From positions 128,001 to 192,000 of the forward strand of contig CAVPXM010000021.1 of the NCBI GenBank assembly GCA_963709405.1: a stretch of 64,000 nt of DNA, in the 5' to 3' direction. A program made the position numbers and the translations under genes. The notes under the pieces are model-generated. The model did no database searches, was not told the DNA's origin, and saw nothing but the letters and a program-made list of their open reading frames with translations. This document shows, piece by piece, positions 23,639 to 35,409 of the stretch; the stretch's first letter is position 1; each line of letters opens with the position of its first letter. Origin of the DNA: an uncultured Nitrososphaerales archaeon. GTDB taxonomy: Archaea > Thermoproteota > Nitrososphaeria > Nitrososphaerales > Nitrososphaeraceae.

Positions 23639-25043
23639 ATGAGCATGCCAATTTTACCCATAGATTCAGGACGGTATGGAAGTAATGAAATGAGACTAAT
23701 ATTTGAGGAAAGTACCAGATTAAAATATCAACTTCAATTCGAGGCTGCCGTAGCAGCAGCACAGGAACGAATCAGAATTATTCCGAAAACCGCTGCCATT
23801 GAAATTAACAGAATAGTAAAAGAAAATCTCGTCGACATAAATAGAATAAAAGAGTTAGAGGCAATCAGTGATCATGATACGGCTCGCTTTGATCGAAGCC
23901 TTAAGCGAGCTATGCTCTTCAAAAACGAAACCTTGGGTACATTATGGTTTGACTAGTAGCGATGTTGTAGATACGAGCATTTCTATGCAACTCCGAGATG
24001 CATTCGGGATAATAGAGTCCAAAATCTCCAGTCTAATTGAGAGATTATTAGATAAAGCGCACGAATTTGATAGCCAGCCGGCAGTAGGAAGAACTCATGG
24101 CCAACATGCTAGTATTATTTCCTTCGGACTCAAATTTGCCGTGTGGGCATCCGAAATGATGAGGCATTTGGAACGAATTGAGGAAGGGAAAAAGAGGATC
24201 TTAGCATGTAAAACATTAGGAGTCGTAGGAACAGGTTCTCTGATGGGAAGGCGCGCACTGGAAGTGCAGAGATCCGTTTCTATCAATCTGCATCTCTATC
24301 CAATCGACGCCAGTACGCAAGTGATCCCGCGAGAGAGATTCGCTGAAGCGCAATTTATCATGGCACTTATTGGTTGCAGCCTAGACAAGATTGCTACCGA
24401 AATTAGGAATCTACAGAGGACAGAAATTGGAGAGTTAGCAGAGCCCTTCAGAACGGGGCAGGTGGGTAGCAGTGCTGTTCCAGTCAAACGAAATCCAATC
24501 AAAAGTGAGAGAGTTTCATCACTCGCCCGTCTACTTAGACCATTGGTAATTGTATCTATGGAAAATATCTCTTTGTGGCACGAAAGAGATCTAACAAATT
24601 CAGCAAATGAGAGGTTTACTATCCCAATGGCCTCTATTTTACTAGACGAGATGCTCGATTCGATGATTAGGGTTATTTCGGAATTACGAATAAATAAAGA
24701 AAAAATTGCTTCCAATATAGAGATAACTGCTGGGAAAATTTACGCGGAATTTGTGCTTGATGAGTTGATAAAGAAAGGGGTTCCCAGATTTGAGGCATAT
24801 AGAGACATACAAAGAGTAGCTTTCACATCTACTGACACAGACTTTTTTGATGCTATTAGACAGGATCCAAAGCTATCAAAAATACTGAGCGAGAAGGAAT
24901 TAGTGACCATATTTAATCCTCGAAACCACTTTGCAGCTTCATCCAAGATAATTTCTAACATCGACAAATTAGTCAAGCGGATGATTAGGAAGACCGTAAT
25001 CTACGATCAGAGCTCCAACATACGTAAATCAAAAGTATGTTAA
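23639..25043 (+). CDS. purB: Adenylosuccinate lyase (frameshift near 23885, likely sequence error)
   Basis: PIDSGRYGS, HYGLTSSD, GRTHGQHA, GSSAVPVKRNPI, WHERDL. Confidence 0.92.
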
Positions 25044-25755
25044 CGGGTAATAAGAAATGCTATAGCCGGGACTTCCAATCCTTTTCAACGCAAATAACTA
25101 GGTCTTATCATGACTTCGAGTTGCTAGTAACATGTTTCTTAATAAGTATCGATATAGAAACACTTCAAGCTAAAGAATTCACTGGATAATATTTTACTGA
25201 TGACCCATTCAAAAGATTATCTAGACTGGGTGAGTTAGGCAAGCATCAGGCTTAGGTAATAAAGTTCTGCTGTCATCATTTATCTTAAGAGCAATGACGA
25301 TATTAGATATCGCAGATATGAATAGGATTTACTATCATATTAAAGGAAGCATTGAAGAATATAAAGAATTTTATTAGTTAAAGAATGACCTACAGAATGG
25401 AAATCATTGCTCCATTTACTAAGCGTTAGTAAGTGTCAATATCCGCACGATTCTTCTGACCTTTGCTCAAAAATATACGGAATACTTTCGTACTCTCCTA
25501 CATGGTTAGTGGCTTATAAAACCATGGTATAGATTATAAATGACACCTATTGTGGTGTATCCCTCCTCATGAAAGACACTAGATGCTCCAAGTATGTAGC
25601 CTTGCTAGAAAGCTTCGAATAACCGCCCAATTTGTAAAGTATTCTACATTACAGAACAGGCAACAATATCAGCTAGTATGAAGGTACACTTATTTCTTTG
25701 TACTTCAGTTATGATGCTCATATGATTTGTAGCCATAAATTGATAAGATACATAA

Positions 25756-26436
25756 ATGAATAAAAAGAATAAACTCGCTATGAAGGGTATTATCTTTGAT
25801 ATGGACGGTGTATTGATCAATTCCATGCCTACTCACTTCGAAGCGTGGAGAAGTGCCTTTATCGAGGTTGCGAATATCGTTGTGGATGAAAGGACGGTAT
25901 ATATGTTAGAGGGAATGCGTGGTATAGATCTAGTTAATAAGGTATTTGAATTGAACAACTACGATAACTATAATCTAGCTCAACGGGTAAACAGTAGAAA
26001 GAGTGATATTTTTAGAATTCAATTTAGAAATGTTCCGAAGCCGTTCGTAGGGGTTCAGGAATTACTAGAAAAATCAAAATGTCTCAAAGCCGTGGTAAGT
26101 GGATCTAATAGAGAAGATGTTACCGCTCTTCTTGAACAGTTTAATAATATCAATTTTGATGTTATTATCACTGCTGATGATATTGATAGAGGAAAACCTG
26201 ATCCAATAGCATTCATAACAGCATTGAGTAAAATGAATGTTGACAAGAAAGATGCCATAGTAGTTGAGAATGCTCCGTTAGGTATAGAGGCAGCAAATAG
26301 GGCCGGAATACAATCATTTGTAGTACTTAACGATAGTCCTTTATATCCTAAGGATTTCGATGGAAAAATTGACAAGAGGAGAATTCTTAAAGAGACACGT
26401 TTAGCATCTACGCAGCTGGAACAATGGTGTAGTTAG
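25756..26436 (+). CDS. HAD-superfamily phosphatase (beta-PGM-like)
   Basis: IIFDMDGVL, GKPDP, VVENAPLGIEAA. Confidence 0.92.
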   Translation: MNKKNKLAMKGIIFDMDGVLINSMPTHFEAWRSAFIEVANIVVDERTVYMLEGMRGIDLVNKVFELNNYDNYNLAQRVNSRKSDIFRIQFRNVPKPFVGVQELLEKSKCLKAVVSGSNREDVTALLEQFNNINFDVIITADDIDRGKPDPIAFITALSKMNVDKKDAIVVENAPLGIEAANRAGIQSFVVLNDSPLYPKDFDGKIDKRRILKETRLASTQLEQWCS

Positions 26437-26574
26437 AGTAAATTGGTAGTATTATATCCAAACGTGAATGATATTGGACAAATACTATGATTCGGAATCA
26501 ATTAATTAAGACTAGATACCAAACATGACTTGACAAAGTAATAATTATAATTACTTGTTGTTGCATGAGCTCGA

Positions 26575-26992
26575 ATGTCTACAAAAGCAAGTTTGACGAT
26601 CTTTGGTATAGTTGCACTGAGCTTGGCACTAATAGTAGCGGCTAGTTTACCGAATTTAGCAATTGCTGCCAACACGGGTAATAATGACAACGGAAAAGGT
26701 AATAGTGATAAAGGCAGCGGCGGAAGCAGGCGGAAGCAGCGGCGGAAGCAGCGGCGGACAGCGGCGGAAGCAGCAGCGGAAGGAGCGAAGCTCACCTAAC
26801 GATAATCAGCTTAGCAAAAAGCAGTTAAAAGAGATATCTAATTGTATTAGTGATGCAAATAAAGGACCTGGTGGACTTACTAGCAAAAAGGTAAGAGATT
26901 GTTACGATCAGACTACTGGTTTAACAACAACTACTCCGGGCTCATCGCTTACCGGTACTACAAGCACTAATACTAGTGGCACGTCAAAATAG
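26575..26992 (+). CDS. Small secreted low-complexity protein (signal peptide, GGSS repeats, Cys pair, Thr-rich tail); frameshifted in the repeat
   Basis: ORF 26575..26799 gives the signal peptide; ORF 26663..26992 gives GGSSGGSS and CISD..DCYD; T-tract after stop. Confidence 0.6.
26712..26791 (+). repeat. Imperfect 12-bp tandem repeat GGCGGAAGCAGC
   Basis: About six degenerate GC-rich units with indels. Confidence 0.8.
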
Positions 26993-27747
26993 ACGACGAA
27001 ATTATTTTTTTTATTAGAAATAATAAAGTGTAAAATATTTTGTTATATTATAAGTCTATCATGTACTTTCCTGATTTAGAAATTCGGTGCGGTAAATATT
27101 AGATGATTTCAAGTAACACTGGCATATTCTACATGCTGGTTTATCGAGAGCCCAATCATGATGTCAAATTTGCTGATGTTTACTGATTGATCAAAAATGC
27201 TTTTTAGTTTAATATCGAATCGAGATTGGTATCTCTAAAAAGGGTGAGGAATCGAAGGCGGAATGTGTCAATATTTTCGGTTAAACTATTGTAATCTCGA
27301 GTCCTGCCTCGTGATGATGGTGTAGAAACCAACATCACTGCTAATAATTCTTCGGACTCACTAACGTTATTGATATGTAAGACTAACTTTCATGTTATTC
27401 GAATTCTTAAAACCATCGATAGTGGGGCGATTGCGTCATCACCGTTCTGATGCTTGCTTCTTAGATTATATACATAAATCGTTCCTATGTATAGAACTAA
27501 TTTACATATAGTCTCAGGTGCACTAAATTAGTAATTGCCAAAATTAGGTAATTGCTCGATTCTCAAATATACACAATTATATCGAAAATATGGTAAATTT
27601 TCTGGGCCATCATGAATTGACTATAGGGATTAACAGGCTAATCTCTTAAGAGACGAAGTCAATAACTTTATCGCACACAGAAGAATATGTATCCAAGCCT
27701 ATATTACGCCATACTGTGAGAGCAAAAAGGTAAGAATTCTTATTTTG

Positions 27748-28494
27748 CTAGATTCCCCTTTGATTAGACCAAAGAAGTGTTTGCAGCCGGATTGATAAAA
27801 TATATCCCCTTTTCTTGCATGTTTCTGAAAGCCACCTGGCTCGACTAATCACCTGTTCTCTATCATTTCCCTGAGGGACTAGTATTATCTTGCTTGTAGA
27901 TATCTTGTACTTATCTACGAGATCTTCTAGCTCACTAAGGTCGGTGGAATCGCTTATGACGTACTTGAAGAAGCATTTTGGATGGTTACTAAAAAAAAGA
28001 TAGCAATTTTCAATCTCCCTTAAGCTTTTGACGTTTGCCGAACTTGTGAGTTTCGGTGAGACGTTCCACTGGTCAATAAGACGATCGAAATTTTCTGCAG
28101 GCAGGATGGTGCCATTTGTCTCTATTTCGATAAAGTAACCCATCTCTTTAATCTCCTTAAGGAACGGTAACAATTGTCTCTGTTGGATCATTGGCTCACC
28201 TCCTGTGATAACCAAATGTCTCGATCTGTATTTTGATATTGAATTTATCACCTCATCTATACTCATTTCTTTAACCTCAACTGTATAATCATAGTGGTCC
28301 CAATCCCAGGTGTATTTTGTATCGCACCAAGAGCATGTCAAATTACAAAGTGAAGTACGCAGAAATATCACGGGTTTTCCTGTATTGATGCCTTCTCCTT
28401 GCAAAGAGTAAAAGATCTCACTTATCTTAAGAGCTGTTGTGTGCGCCATCTTTTCACGCTTATTGAAGATATGATTCAAAGTTCCTATTGCCAA
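27748..28494 (-). CDS. queE: 7-carboxy-7-deazaguanine synthase (radical SAM)
   Basis: EIFYSLQGEG, CNLTCSWCDT, VITGGEP, IETNGT, VSPKL. Confidence 0.93.
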   Translation of the reverse strand: MAIGTLNHIFNKREKMAHTTALKISEIFYSLQGEGINTGKPVIFLRTSLCNLTCSWCDTKYTWDWDHYDYTVEVKEMSIDEVINSISKYRSRHLVITGGEPMIQQRQLLPFLKEIKEMGYFIEIETNGTILPAENFDRLIDQWNVSPKLTSSANVKSLREIENCYLFFSNHPKCFFKYVISDSTDLSELEDLVDKYKISTSKIILVPQGNDREQVISRARWLSETCKKRGYILSIRLQTLLWSNQRGI

Positions 28495-28802
28495 TAACCA
28501 CCCAGCAGCTGCTGATATATCTTATTAGTATGAAAAACCGCTACTGCAGTTTCATCGGATAATTTACATCTGCACGCAGAACACGAACTGCATATCAAAT
28601 AGCTGCATTTAGGACAATTTTCAGCATCTTGAATACAGAATTTTCCTCCACACTTAAAACACCATATATATGGTTTAATTATAAACTTCAGAAAGTTTTC
28701 GACTAACCGTGATAATGTCAAATTTCGTTCATCAACTATTGCTTGCGCATCATTCCGAACCTTTTCATCAATGCTCAGAGTTAGTTTCGTTTTACCTACC
28801 AT
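28485..28802 (-). CDS. Ribbon-helix-helix regulator with Cys-rich zinc-binding domain
   Basis: KTKLTLSIDEKV..TLSRLVENFL (RHH) then CFKC, CPKC, CSSC, CRC; overlaps or abuts the queE start. Confidence 0.75.
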   Translation of the reverse strand: MVGKTKLTLSIDEKVRNDAQAIVDERNLTLSRLVENFLKFIIKPYIWCFKCGGKFCIQDAENCPKCSYLICSSCSACRCKLSDETAVAVFHTNKIYQQLLGGYWQ

Positions 28803-28806
28803 ATCA

Positions 28807-28843
28807 ATACGGACTTATACGTATTATCACGTAAATATACATA
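28807..28843. promoter_or_regulatory. Four 10-bp-phased (T/C)AC(G/A)(T/G) boxes over the RHH-queE promoter
   Basis: TACGG 28808, TACGT 28818, CACGT 28828, TACAT 28838. Confidence 0.55.
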
Positions 28844-29160
28844 AATTTGTTTGTGTTATTGCAGACGGACGACACACAAGACGAGGATCCAAAGATCCGA
28901 GCGCATCAATAAAAGTGAGCTAAATTGGAGTGGAAGATCGGGGTTTTATCACAATGTCCACTACCAAACGCCTATGACAACAACATACCTCATACGTTCC
29001 TTCTTAAGATTCATTTTGGAACATTTTCTGTAATAGACGATCTCTTTAAGGGGTGATCTTGATCAATCCATGGATTCCCTGGTTGTGAAATAGCGATCCT
29101 ACGACCATTAGACGACACGATCAGTAACATAAGATAGGACGATATCAGTGACCGATTGAT

Positions 29161-30111
29161 CTACTCATCGTTACGGAATCGATCGTCCCTCAATATTTCG
29201 TCTCGTGTGTTGCCGTTTGCTACTAAAGATACAAAAACATCATCCAATGTTACGGGAGAGACAGTGAAAGAGATATTCTTCTCTAATGCGAATTCGGATA
29301 GCTCTTTGGCCGCAGATTCAAACGCAAATACTCGAAGTGTATTAGCACCGGTATCTATCACCGATCCAAAAGGTCGTAGCATCTCGGAGTTGACTCCATC
29401 CTTCATTACATCTATTCTGACGTTCTGAGGTATGATTTTCCTGAGATCACGCATACTTCCTTCTGCCAATACACGCCCTTGATCTATAATAACAATCTTG
29501 TCAGAAAGCATCTCTGCTTCATCCATATAATGTGTTGTCAACAATATGGATTTACCACGTGTCTTCCATTCTTTTATCGCCAACCACACTTGTCGTCGTG
29601 ATACAGGATCCAATCCTATCGTCGGCTCATCTAAGAATAATAATTCTGCGTCAGTTGCCATTGCCATAGCTACAAGAATTTTTTGCTTCATTCCACCAGA
29701 CAAATTCATTGCTGGCCTATCCTTCGCACCATAAAGTTCCAGAGTTTGCAGAATGCTCTCGGTGTTTCTCTTAGCCTGGGATCTGTCCTGTCCACGGATT
29801 TGTAACCAATTATAAACATGATCCCAGGGCGTAAGCGCCCTCAATGGTCTTCCTTCTTGTGGAACAATAGAGATAAGGTTCCTAACCTTCTCAGGCTCCT
29901 TTACAACGTCATAGCCAAGGACATTAATTTTTCCAGAAGTCGGCATCAATTGTGTGGCACAGATACGAACAAAAGTCGTTTTTCCAGCACCATTCCTCCC
30001 AAGAAGAGTAAATACCGTCTTAGATTCAACAGTTAGTGAGACGTTACTTAATGCTGGGACTCTTGAGCCTTTGTATGACTTTGAGAGTTCTTCAGTAATA
30101 ATTGAAGGCAT
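29161..30111 (-). CDS. ABC-2 type transporter ATP-binding subunit
   Basis: GRNGAGKT, LSGGMKQK, LFLDEPT, TTHY. Confidence 0.95.
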   Translation of the reverse strand: MPSIITEELSKSYKGSRVPALSNVSLTVESKTVFTLLGRNGAGKTTFVRICATQLMPTSGKINVLGYDVVKEPEKVRNLISIVPQEGRPLRALTPWDHVYNWLQIRGQDRSQAKRNTESILQTLELYGAKDRPAMNLSGGMKQKILVAMAMATDAELLFLDEPTIGLDPVSRRQVWLAIKEWKTRGKSILLTTHYMDEAEMLSDKIVIIDQGRVLAEGSMRDLRKIIPQNVRIDVMKDGVNSEMLRPFGSVIDTGANTLRVFAFESAAKELSEFALEKNISFTVSPVTLDDVFVSLVANGNTRDEILRDDRFRNDE

Positions 30112-30172
30112 TATCTCCTCAGGATGTCACAGTGTTACACCGTTCCGTATCTGATCCGACCATGTCTATTTA

Positions 30173-31294
30173 CTAAAAAACACTTTTAAATTCCTTATCC
30201 AATTGCCTGAGTAAAGCTTTTTGAGTGTCATTAATTTGTGTTGGGACTTTGATGTTCAACCTAACCAGTTGATCTCCTTTTCCAAAGCCACCATAGCGAG
30301 GTAAACCCTTACCCTTAAGTTTAAGGATAGTATTTGGTTGACTTCCAGACATAATCCTTAGTTTTTCGTTACCTTCAAGAGTTGGGATCTTAAGCTCAGC
30401 TCCAAGAGCCAAATCAGTGAAACTAGCATCGAGATTACAAAGAATATGCCCGTCAGATAACCTCTCAAAAACTGAATGAGGTTTAACATGAATCCTGATC
30501 AATAAATCTCCAGGCTGGCCATTGTCAGAAGGTTCTCCTTCTCCACGCAGTTGTAATGTCATCCCGTCTTCTACACCTTGAGGGATTTCAATCTTGATTT
30601 TCTTATATTTTTTAACGCTACCAGCTCCGCTGCAGGTTTCACAAGGACGGTCAATAATTTCTCCTTGTCCACGACAGGTCTGACATGGTTCCAAAGACAC
30701 GAATGTGGAGAATCGGTTCTGACTATAGACTCGCCTCATCTGTCCCTGCCCGTCACAAACATTACACTTCCTTGGCTTACTTCCAGGCGCAGCGCCAGTT
30801 CCAGCACAATTTCTGCACTTTTCCAGTTTTGGTAATTCTATCTCCTCTCTTTTTCCTTTAAGAACATCTTCTAAAGACAATTCGGTATCATAAACAAGAT
30901 CCTGACCCCTTTGTCTACCACCACCGCCAAAACGGAATCCAAAGTTAAATGGATCAGCAAATCCTCCTTCTCGACCACCAAAAACCTGTTCGAATATATC
31001 TTTAAAGCCCCCAATGCCTATATCTTTGAAAATCTCATCGAAGTTCGCTTCTGAACCTCTGAATACTTCTTCACTACCTACCTGACCATACGTATCGTAC
31101 CTCTTCCGCTTCTCGTCATCGGATAATACTGCGTAAGCCTCTGAAATTTCCTTAAACCTCTCTTCAGCACCCTTCGATTTATTTCTGTCCGGGTGATATT
31201 GAAGCGCTAACTTTCTATATACGTTCTTGATTTCATCTTTACTTGCATTTTTTGGGACACCAAGAATCTCGTAGTAGTCCCTCTTGTTACTCAT
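30173..31294 (-). CDS. dnaJ: Chaperone DnaJ, full length
   Basis: J domain with HPD, G/F region, four CxxCxGxG repeats, CTD I and II. Confidence 0.97.
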   Translation of the reverse strand: MSNKRDYYEILGVPKNASKDEIKNVYRKLALQYHPDRNKSKGAEERFKEISEAYAVLSDDEKRKRYDTYGQVGSEEVFRGSEANFDEIFKDIGIGGFKDIFEQVFGGREGGFADPFNFGFRFGGGGRQRGQDLVYDTELSLEDVLKGKREEIELPKLEKCRNCAGTGAAPGSKPRKCNVCDGQGQMRRVYSQNRFSTFVSLEPCQTCRGQGEIIDRPCETCSGAGSVKKYKKIKIEIPQGVEDGMTLQLRGEGEPSDNGQPGDLLIRIHVKPHSVFERLSDGHILCNLDASFTDLALGAELKIPTLEGNEKLRIMSGSQPNTILKLKGKGLPRYGGFGKGDQLVRLNIKVPTQINDTQKALLRQLDKEFKSVF

Positions 31295-32209
31295 CTTCTA
31301 AAAAACCCTATTGATCTTACTAACAATGTTTTTAAATGTCTTATTCAATTTTCTGATTAAAGCTTGGACGTCAGATAACCTCTCAAAAACTGAATGAGGT
31401 TTAACATGAATCCTGATCAATAAATCTCCAGGCTGGCCATTGTCAGAAGGTTCTCCTTCTCCACGCAGTTGTAATGTCATCCCGTCTTCTACACCTGCAG
31501 GAATTTGTATATAGATTTTCTTATATTTTTTAACGCTACCAGCTCCGCTGCAGGTTTCACAAGGACGGTCAATAATTTCTCCTTGTCCACGACAGGTCTG
31601 ACATGGTTCCAAAGACACGAATGTGGAGAATCGGTTCTGACTATAGACTCGCCTCATCTGTCCCTGCCCGTCACAAACATTACACTTCCTTGGCTTACTT
31701 CCAGGCGCAGCGCCAGTTCCAGCACAATTTCTGCACTTTTCCAGTTTTGGTAATTCTATCTCCTCTCTTTTTCCTTTAAGAACATCTTCTAAAGACAATT
31801 CGGTATCATAAACAAGATCCTGACCCCTTTGTCTACCACCACCGCCAAAACGGAATCCAAAGTTAAATGGATCAGCAAATCCTCCTTCTCGACCACCAAA
31901 AACCTGTTCGAATATATCTTTAAAGCCCCCAATGCCTATATCTTTGAAAATCTCATCGAAGTTCGCTTCTGAACCTCTGAATACTTCTTCACTACCTACC
32001 TGACCATACGTATCGTACCTCTTCCGCTTCTCGTCATCGGATAATACTGCGTAAGCCTCTGAAATTTCCTTAAACCTCTCTTCAGCACCCTTCGATTTAT
32101 TTCTGTCCGGGTGATATTGAAGCGCTAACTTTCTATATACGTTCTTGATTTCATCTTTACTTGCATTTTTTGGGACACCAAGAATCTCGTAGTAGTCCCT
32201 CTTGTTACT
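30451..32209. repeat. 841-bp direct repeat (30451-31291 vs 31369-32209) shared by the two dnaJ copies
   Basis: Offset 918 bp; identical by eye except 7 mismatches in a 17-bp patch (30579-30595 vs 31497-31513). Confidence 0.92.
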
Positions 32210-32215
32210 TATCAT
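31298..32215 (-). CDS. dnaJ: DnaJ paralog lacking C-terminal domain II (in-frame internal deletion)
   Basis: Matches the downstream copy up to FERLSD, then jumps to a diverged version of the terminal helix ([14 protein letters not shown] vs [15 protein letters not shown]). Confidence 0.85.
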   Translation of the reverse strand: MISNKRDYYEILGVPKNASKDEIKNVYRKLALQYHPDRNKSKGAEERFKEISEAYAVLSDDEKRKRYDTYGQVGSEEVFRGSEANFDEIFKDIGIGGFKDIFEQVFGGREGGFADPFNFGFRFGGGGRQRGQDLVYDTELSLEDVLKGKREEIELPKLEKCRNCAGTGAAPGSKPRKCNVCDGQGQMRRVYSQNRFSTFVSLEPCQTCRGQGEIIDRPCETCSGAGSVKKYKKIYIQIPAGVEDGMTLQLRGEGEPSDNGQPGDLLIRIHVKPHSVFERLSDVQALIRKLNKTFKNIVSKINRVF

Positions 32216-32253
32216 CTGATAACCCTTTATGTTTTATATGCATAATCGACAAA

Positions 32254-34129
32254 TTATGGAGGGGAAGCGGATCCAGCAGGATTGGTACCGGCGCTCGCAT
32301 CGCTAGATCCTGCAGTTGCCTGCTGATCTTGTGTAGCACCTGTTTGACCTGTACCTGCTGCCGCAGCGGCTCCAGCAGATCTGTAAACTTCGGTGCTTAC
32401 TTCAGCTAGAATATTCTTGAGGTCTTGGATCTTGGTTTTAATGTTATCTATATTATTTGCTGTTATAGCATCTTTGAGCTCAGTTGCCGCTTTGTTGATT
32501 TTTTCGCTCTGCTCTGGTTTTATCTTATCCTTTAGATCTTGTTTTATTAATTTCTCAGCTGCATACACCAAGTTATCGGCCTCATTTTTCACCTCTGCCT
32601 CTTCTCTCTTCTTCTTATCTGCCTCTGCAAACTTATCGGCCTCGTTCTTTAGTTTTTCGATTTCATCTTTTCCAAGTTTAGTGTTGGCAGTTATCGTAAT
32701 TTTTGCTTCTCTGGCAGTTGCAAGGTCTTTTGCGGTAACGTTGAGAATCCCATTGGCGTCTATGTCAAACGCAACTTCGATCTGAGGTACTCCCCTAGGT
32801 GCGGGAGGAAGACCAGAAAGGTTAAACATCCCCAAAGAAACACAATCTGATGCCATAGCTCTTTCTCCCTGAACGATATGTATAGTGACTGCGGTCTGAT
32901 AGTCGGCTGCAGTCGTAAAAACCTTGCTTTTCTTTGTTGGAATTGTGGTGTTTCGGTCAATCAGAGGCTCCTTTAGTCCGTTTAGAACTTCAACGCCTAG
33001 TGTCAATGGCGTGACATCAACTAAGAGAATGTCCGTTGAGACATCTCCAGCAATAATTGCTGCCTGGATTGCTGCACCCATAGCTACAGCTTCCATAGGA
33101 TCAATTCCTCCTTCCGCCTCTTTGCTCATAATTGTTGAAATGAATTGCCTAACTATGGGCATCCTGGTAGGACCACCCACAAGTATTACTTTATCTATTT
33201 CTAGTGGAGTTAACTTTGAGTCTTGAAGTGCTTGCATCGTTGGACCTCTACATCGCTCTATTATGGGACGCATAAGTTCTTCTAGCTTGGCCCTTGTTAA
33301 CGATAGCACTAGATTTCTGGGACCTATGGCAGCATCGTATGCGAGAAATGGCAAGTTGATTTCTGTTGTAACAACATTTGACAATTCTATTTTGGCCTTC
33401 TCAGCTGCCTCACGAACTCTCATCATGGCAGCACTATCGTTTCTAATATCCAACCGCGATTGTTTTTTAAACTCTTCAAGCACGTATTCTACAAGTGCAT
33501 TATCCATATCAGTACCACCTAGCTGAGTATCTCCGGAAGTACTCTTAACTTGAAATACTCCGCCTCCCATTTCCATTATAGTAACATCTAACGTGCCGCC
33601 GCCCAAGTCGAAGACCATGATTTTCAAATCCTTGTGAACTTTGTCTAGACCAAACGCTAGGGATGCAGCTGTTGGTTCATTAATGATTCTTACAACCTGT
33701 AACCCAGCGATTTCTCCTGCGTCCTTAGTTGCCTGTCTCTGGTTATCATTAAAGTATGCTGGGACTGTAATAACTGCCCTATCTACAGTCTCGCCTAGAA
33801 AAGCTTCGGCATCCTTTTTAATTTTTTGCAATATGAATGCAGAAATCTGCTGAGGGGTGTATTGCTTTCCAAATACGTTGTATTTAAATTCAGTACCCAT
33901 TTTGCGTTTTGCCCCAACAACACTGCCTTGCGCATTTGAAATCATCTGTCTTCTTGCAGGTTCACCAACTATCAATTGCCCCTCTCTAGTAAATGCAACA
34001 ACAGATGGAAATGCCTTTCCACCGATTGAAGTACCTTCAGCTGCTTGTATAATTGACGGTTTTCCACCAATCATTGCTGCCAGCTGCTGAATTACTTGTT
34101 CCCAGGTCGATTCCTATTATTTTTGCCAT
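32254..34129 (-). CDS. dnaK: Chaperone DnaK (frameshift near 34080, likely sequence error)
   Basis: [14 protein letters not shown] at 34129, [31 protein letters not shown]. Confidence 0.97.
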
Positions 34130-34134
34130 ATTTA

Positions 34135-34763
34135 TTATTCAGATTCCTTTTCCATGTTCTCTCTATCACTATCGATATTTTTAATTATCTTTTTGGAAAC
34201 TTCAACCAGACTAGGTCTCAGAATCTTATCATTTATTATGTATCCCTTCCTTATTTCTTTAGTAACTGTACTCTCAGGCACATCTTCAGAATAAGAAAAG
34301 CTTATAGCATCATGAATATTCGGATCAAATGGGGTATCGACGGCTTCGATTTCTCTTACTCTTTCTGATTCTAATAAGTGCTCCAGGTTCTTTTTGATCC
34401 CTACTAGACCTTGTACAACCAATGGATCAGACTTACTTTGTTCAGCCATCTTTAATGCCCTGGAAAAATCATCGTATACATTCAGAAACTTAATCAGGAA
34501 CTCGGCCTTATCCGACTCAATCTTGGCAGCCATTTGTCTTTCTATCTGTTTTCGGTAATTATCAAAATCTGCCGCCATATACTTTAATTTGTTGAGATTA
34601 CTTTCGGCTATTCCCTTTGTTCTAACTAACTGATCTTTCACCTCTGCAAGTTCTTGCTCTAAAGTCAGAGTCTTATCATCGTTAGTCGACTTGGCCTCGC
34701 TTACTACTTCATTGTCTTGCTCGTTCTCATTAATTACCGTATGACTTCTCCTCCAATAGCCAT
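34135..34763 (-). CDS. grpE: Nucleotide exchange factor GrpE (start uncertain)
   Basis: AADFDNYRK, FDPNIHDA, KGYIINDKILRPSLV; frame stays open upstream of the called GTG at 34641. Confidence 0.92.
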
Positions 34764-34987
34764 CAGCTGGAGGAATTTCATCGCAAGCCTGATAATTAGA
34801 TATCGGTTAATCATCGTAAATATATGCATTGAGTGTCAGAAACAAAATCCTAAAGACCTATTACTGACATCAGAGCTTAATTGCTTTTAGAAAAAACAGT
34901 TAAAGTATTATCATTATTTGGGAAAAATACTCAATTTTTGTTAGCTGGTGATGATTGTCTGAATAAAAGTGAAAAAATCGCCTCGGA

Positions 34988-35215
34988 TTAGGAGATCCCC
35001 AGGTTTGGAAATGTGGCTACCTCGATACCCAATTCTCCCTGTATTTTTCTTATCTTTGTCGCATATTCTGTCATTTTAAGATTATCAGCCTGTACCTTTG
35101 CAATTCTATATCCTTTCCATGCCTTTCGTAGTGCTCCCCAGCTCTGCCCCTTAGTAAAATTATTATCAGAGGTCTGAACCGGCGTATCTTGATTAAGTGA
35201 CATTATTGCAGTCAT
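34988..35215 (-). CDS. Small conserved hypothetical protein
   Basis: FTKGQSWGALRKAWKGYRIAK..YATKIRKIQGELGI; resembles a conserved thaumarchaeal small protein. Confidence 0.7.
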   Translation of the reverse strand: MTAIMSLNQDTPVQTSDNNFTKGQSWGALRKAWKGYRIAKVQADNLKMTEYATKIRKIQGELGIEVATFPNLGIS

Positions 35216-35409
35216 ATTATCGAAGCTAATTATAGTCTCGCTACTTAGAACCGTTAGTCAACATTTTCCAATATCCAAGTTAAAACTGTTATATAAAAAT
35301 AAATTTCAAATATGATTTTAGTTCGGAATATGCAGTCTAATAAATGACTATTCGACCCTTTCGACTTGTGAAGTATATTGAAGGCCGGTATTAAATGTTT
35401 CACGTTCTA

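Noticed and set aside
18507-28494. queC/queD/queE as a Dpd-type DNA-modification or QatABCD defence system
   Set aside because: No DpdA/TGT-like, Qat or helicase genes nearby; ordinary archaeosine precursor synthesis is sufficient.
29161-30111. ABC ATPase as exporter for the YcaO/TfuA product
   Set aside because: Separated from it by 8 kb of housekeeping genes, and its permease is not intact.
30451-32209. dnaJ repeat pair as a DGR template/variable repeat
   Set aside because: Mismatches are not adenine-specific and no reverse transcriptase is present in the window.
32393-34368. Antisense ORFs over dnaK/grpE (and similar ones over purB, pheST, gdhA, dnaG)
   Set aside because: Shadow ORFs opposite well-supported genes.
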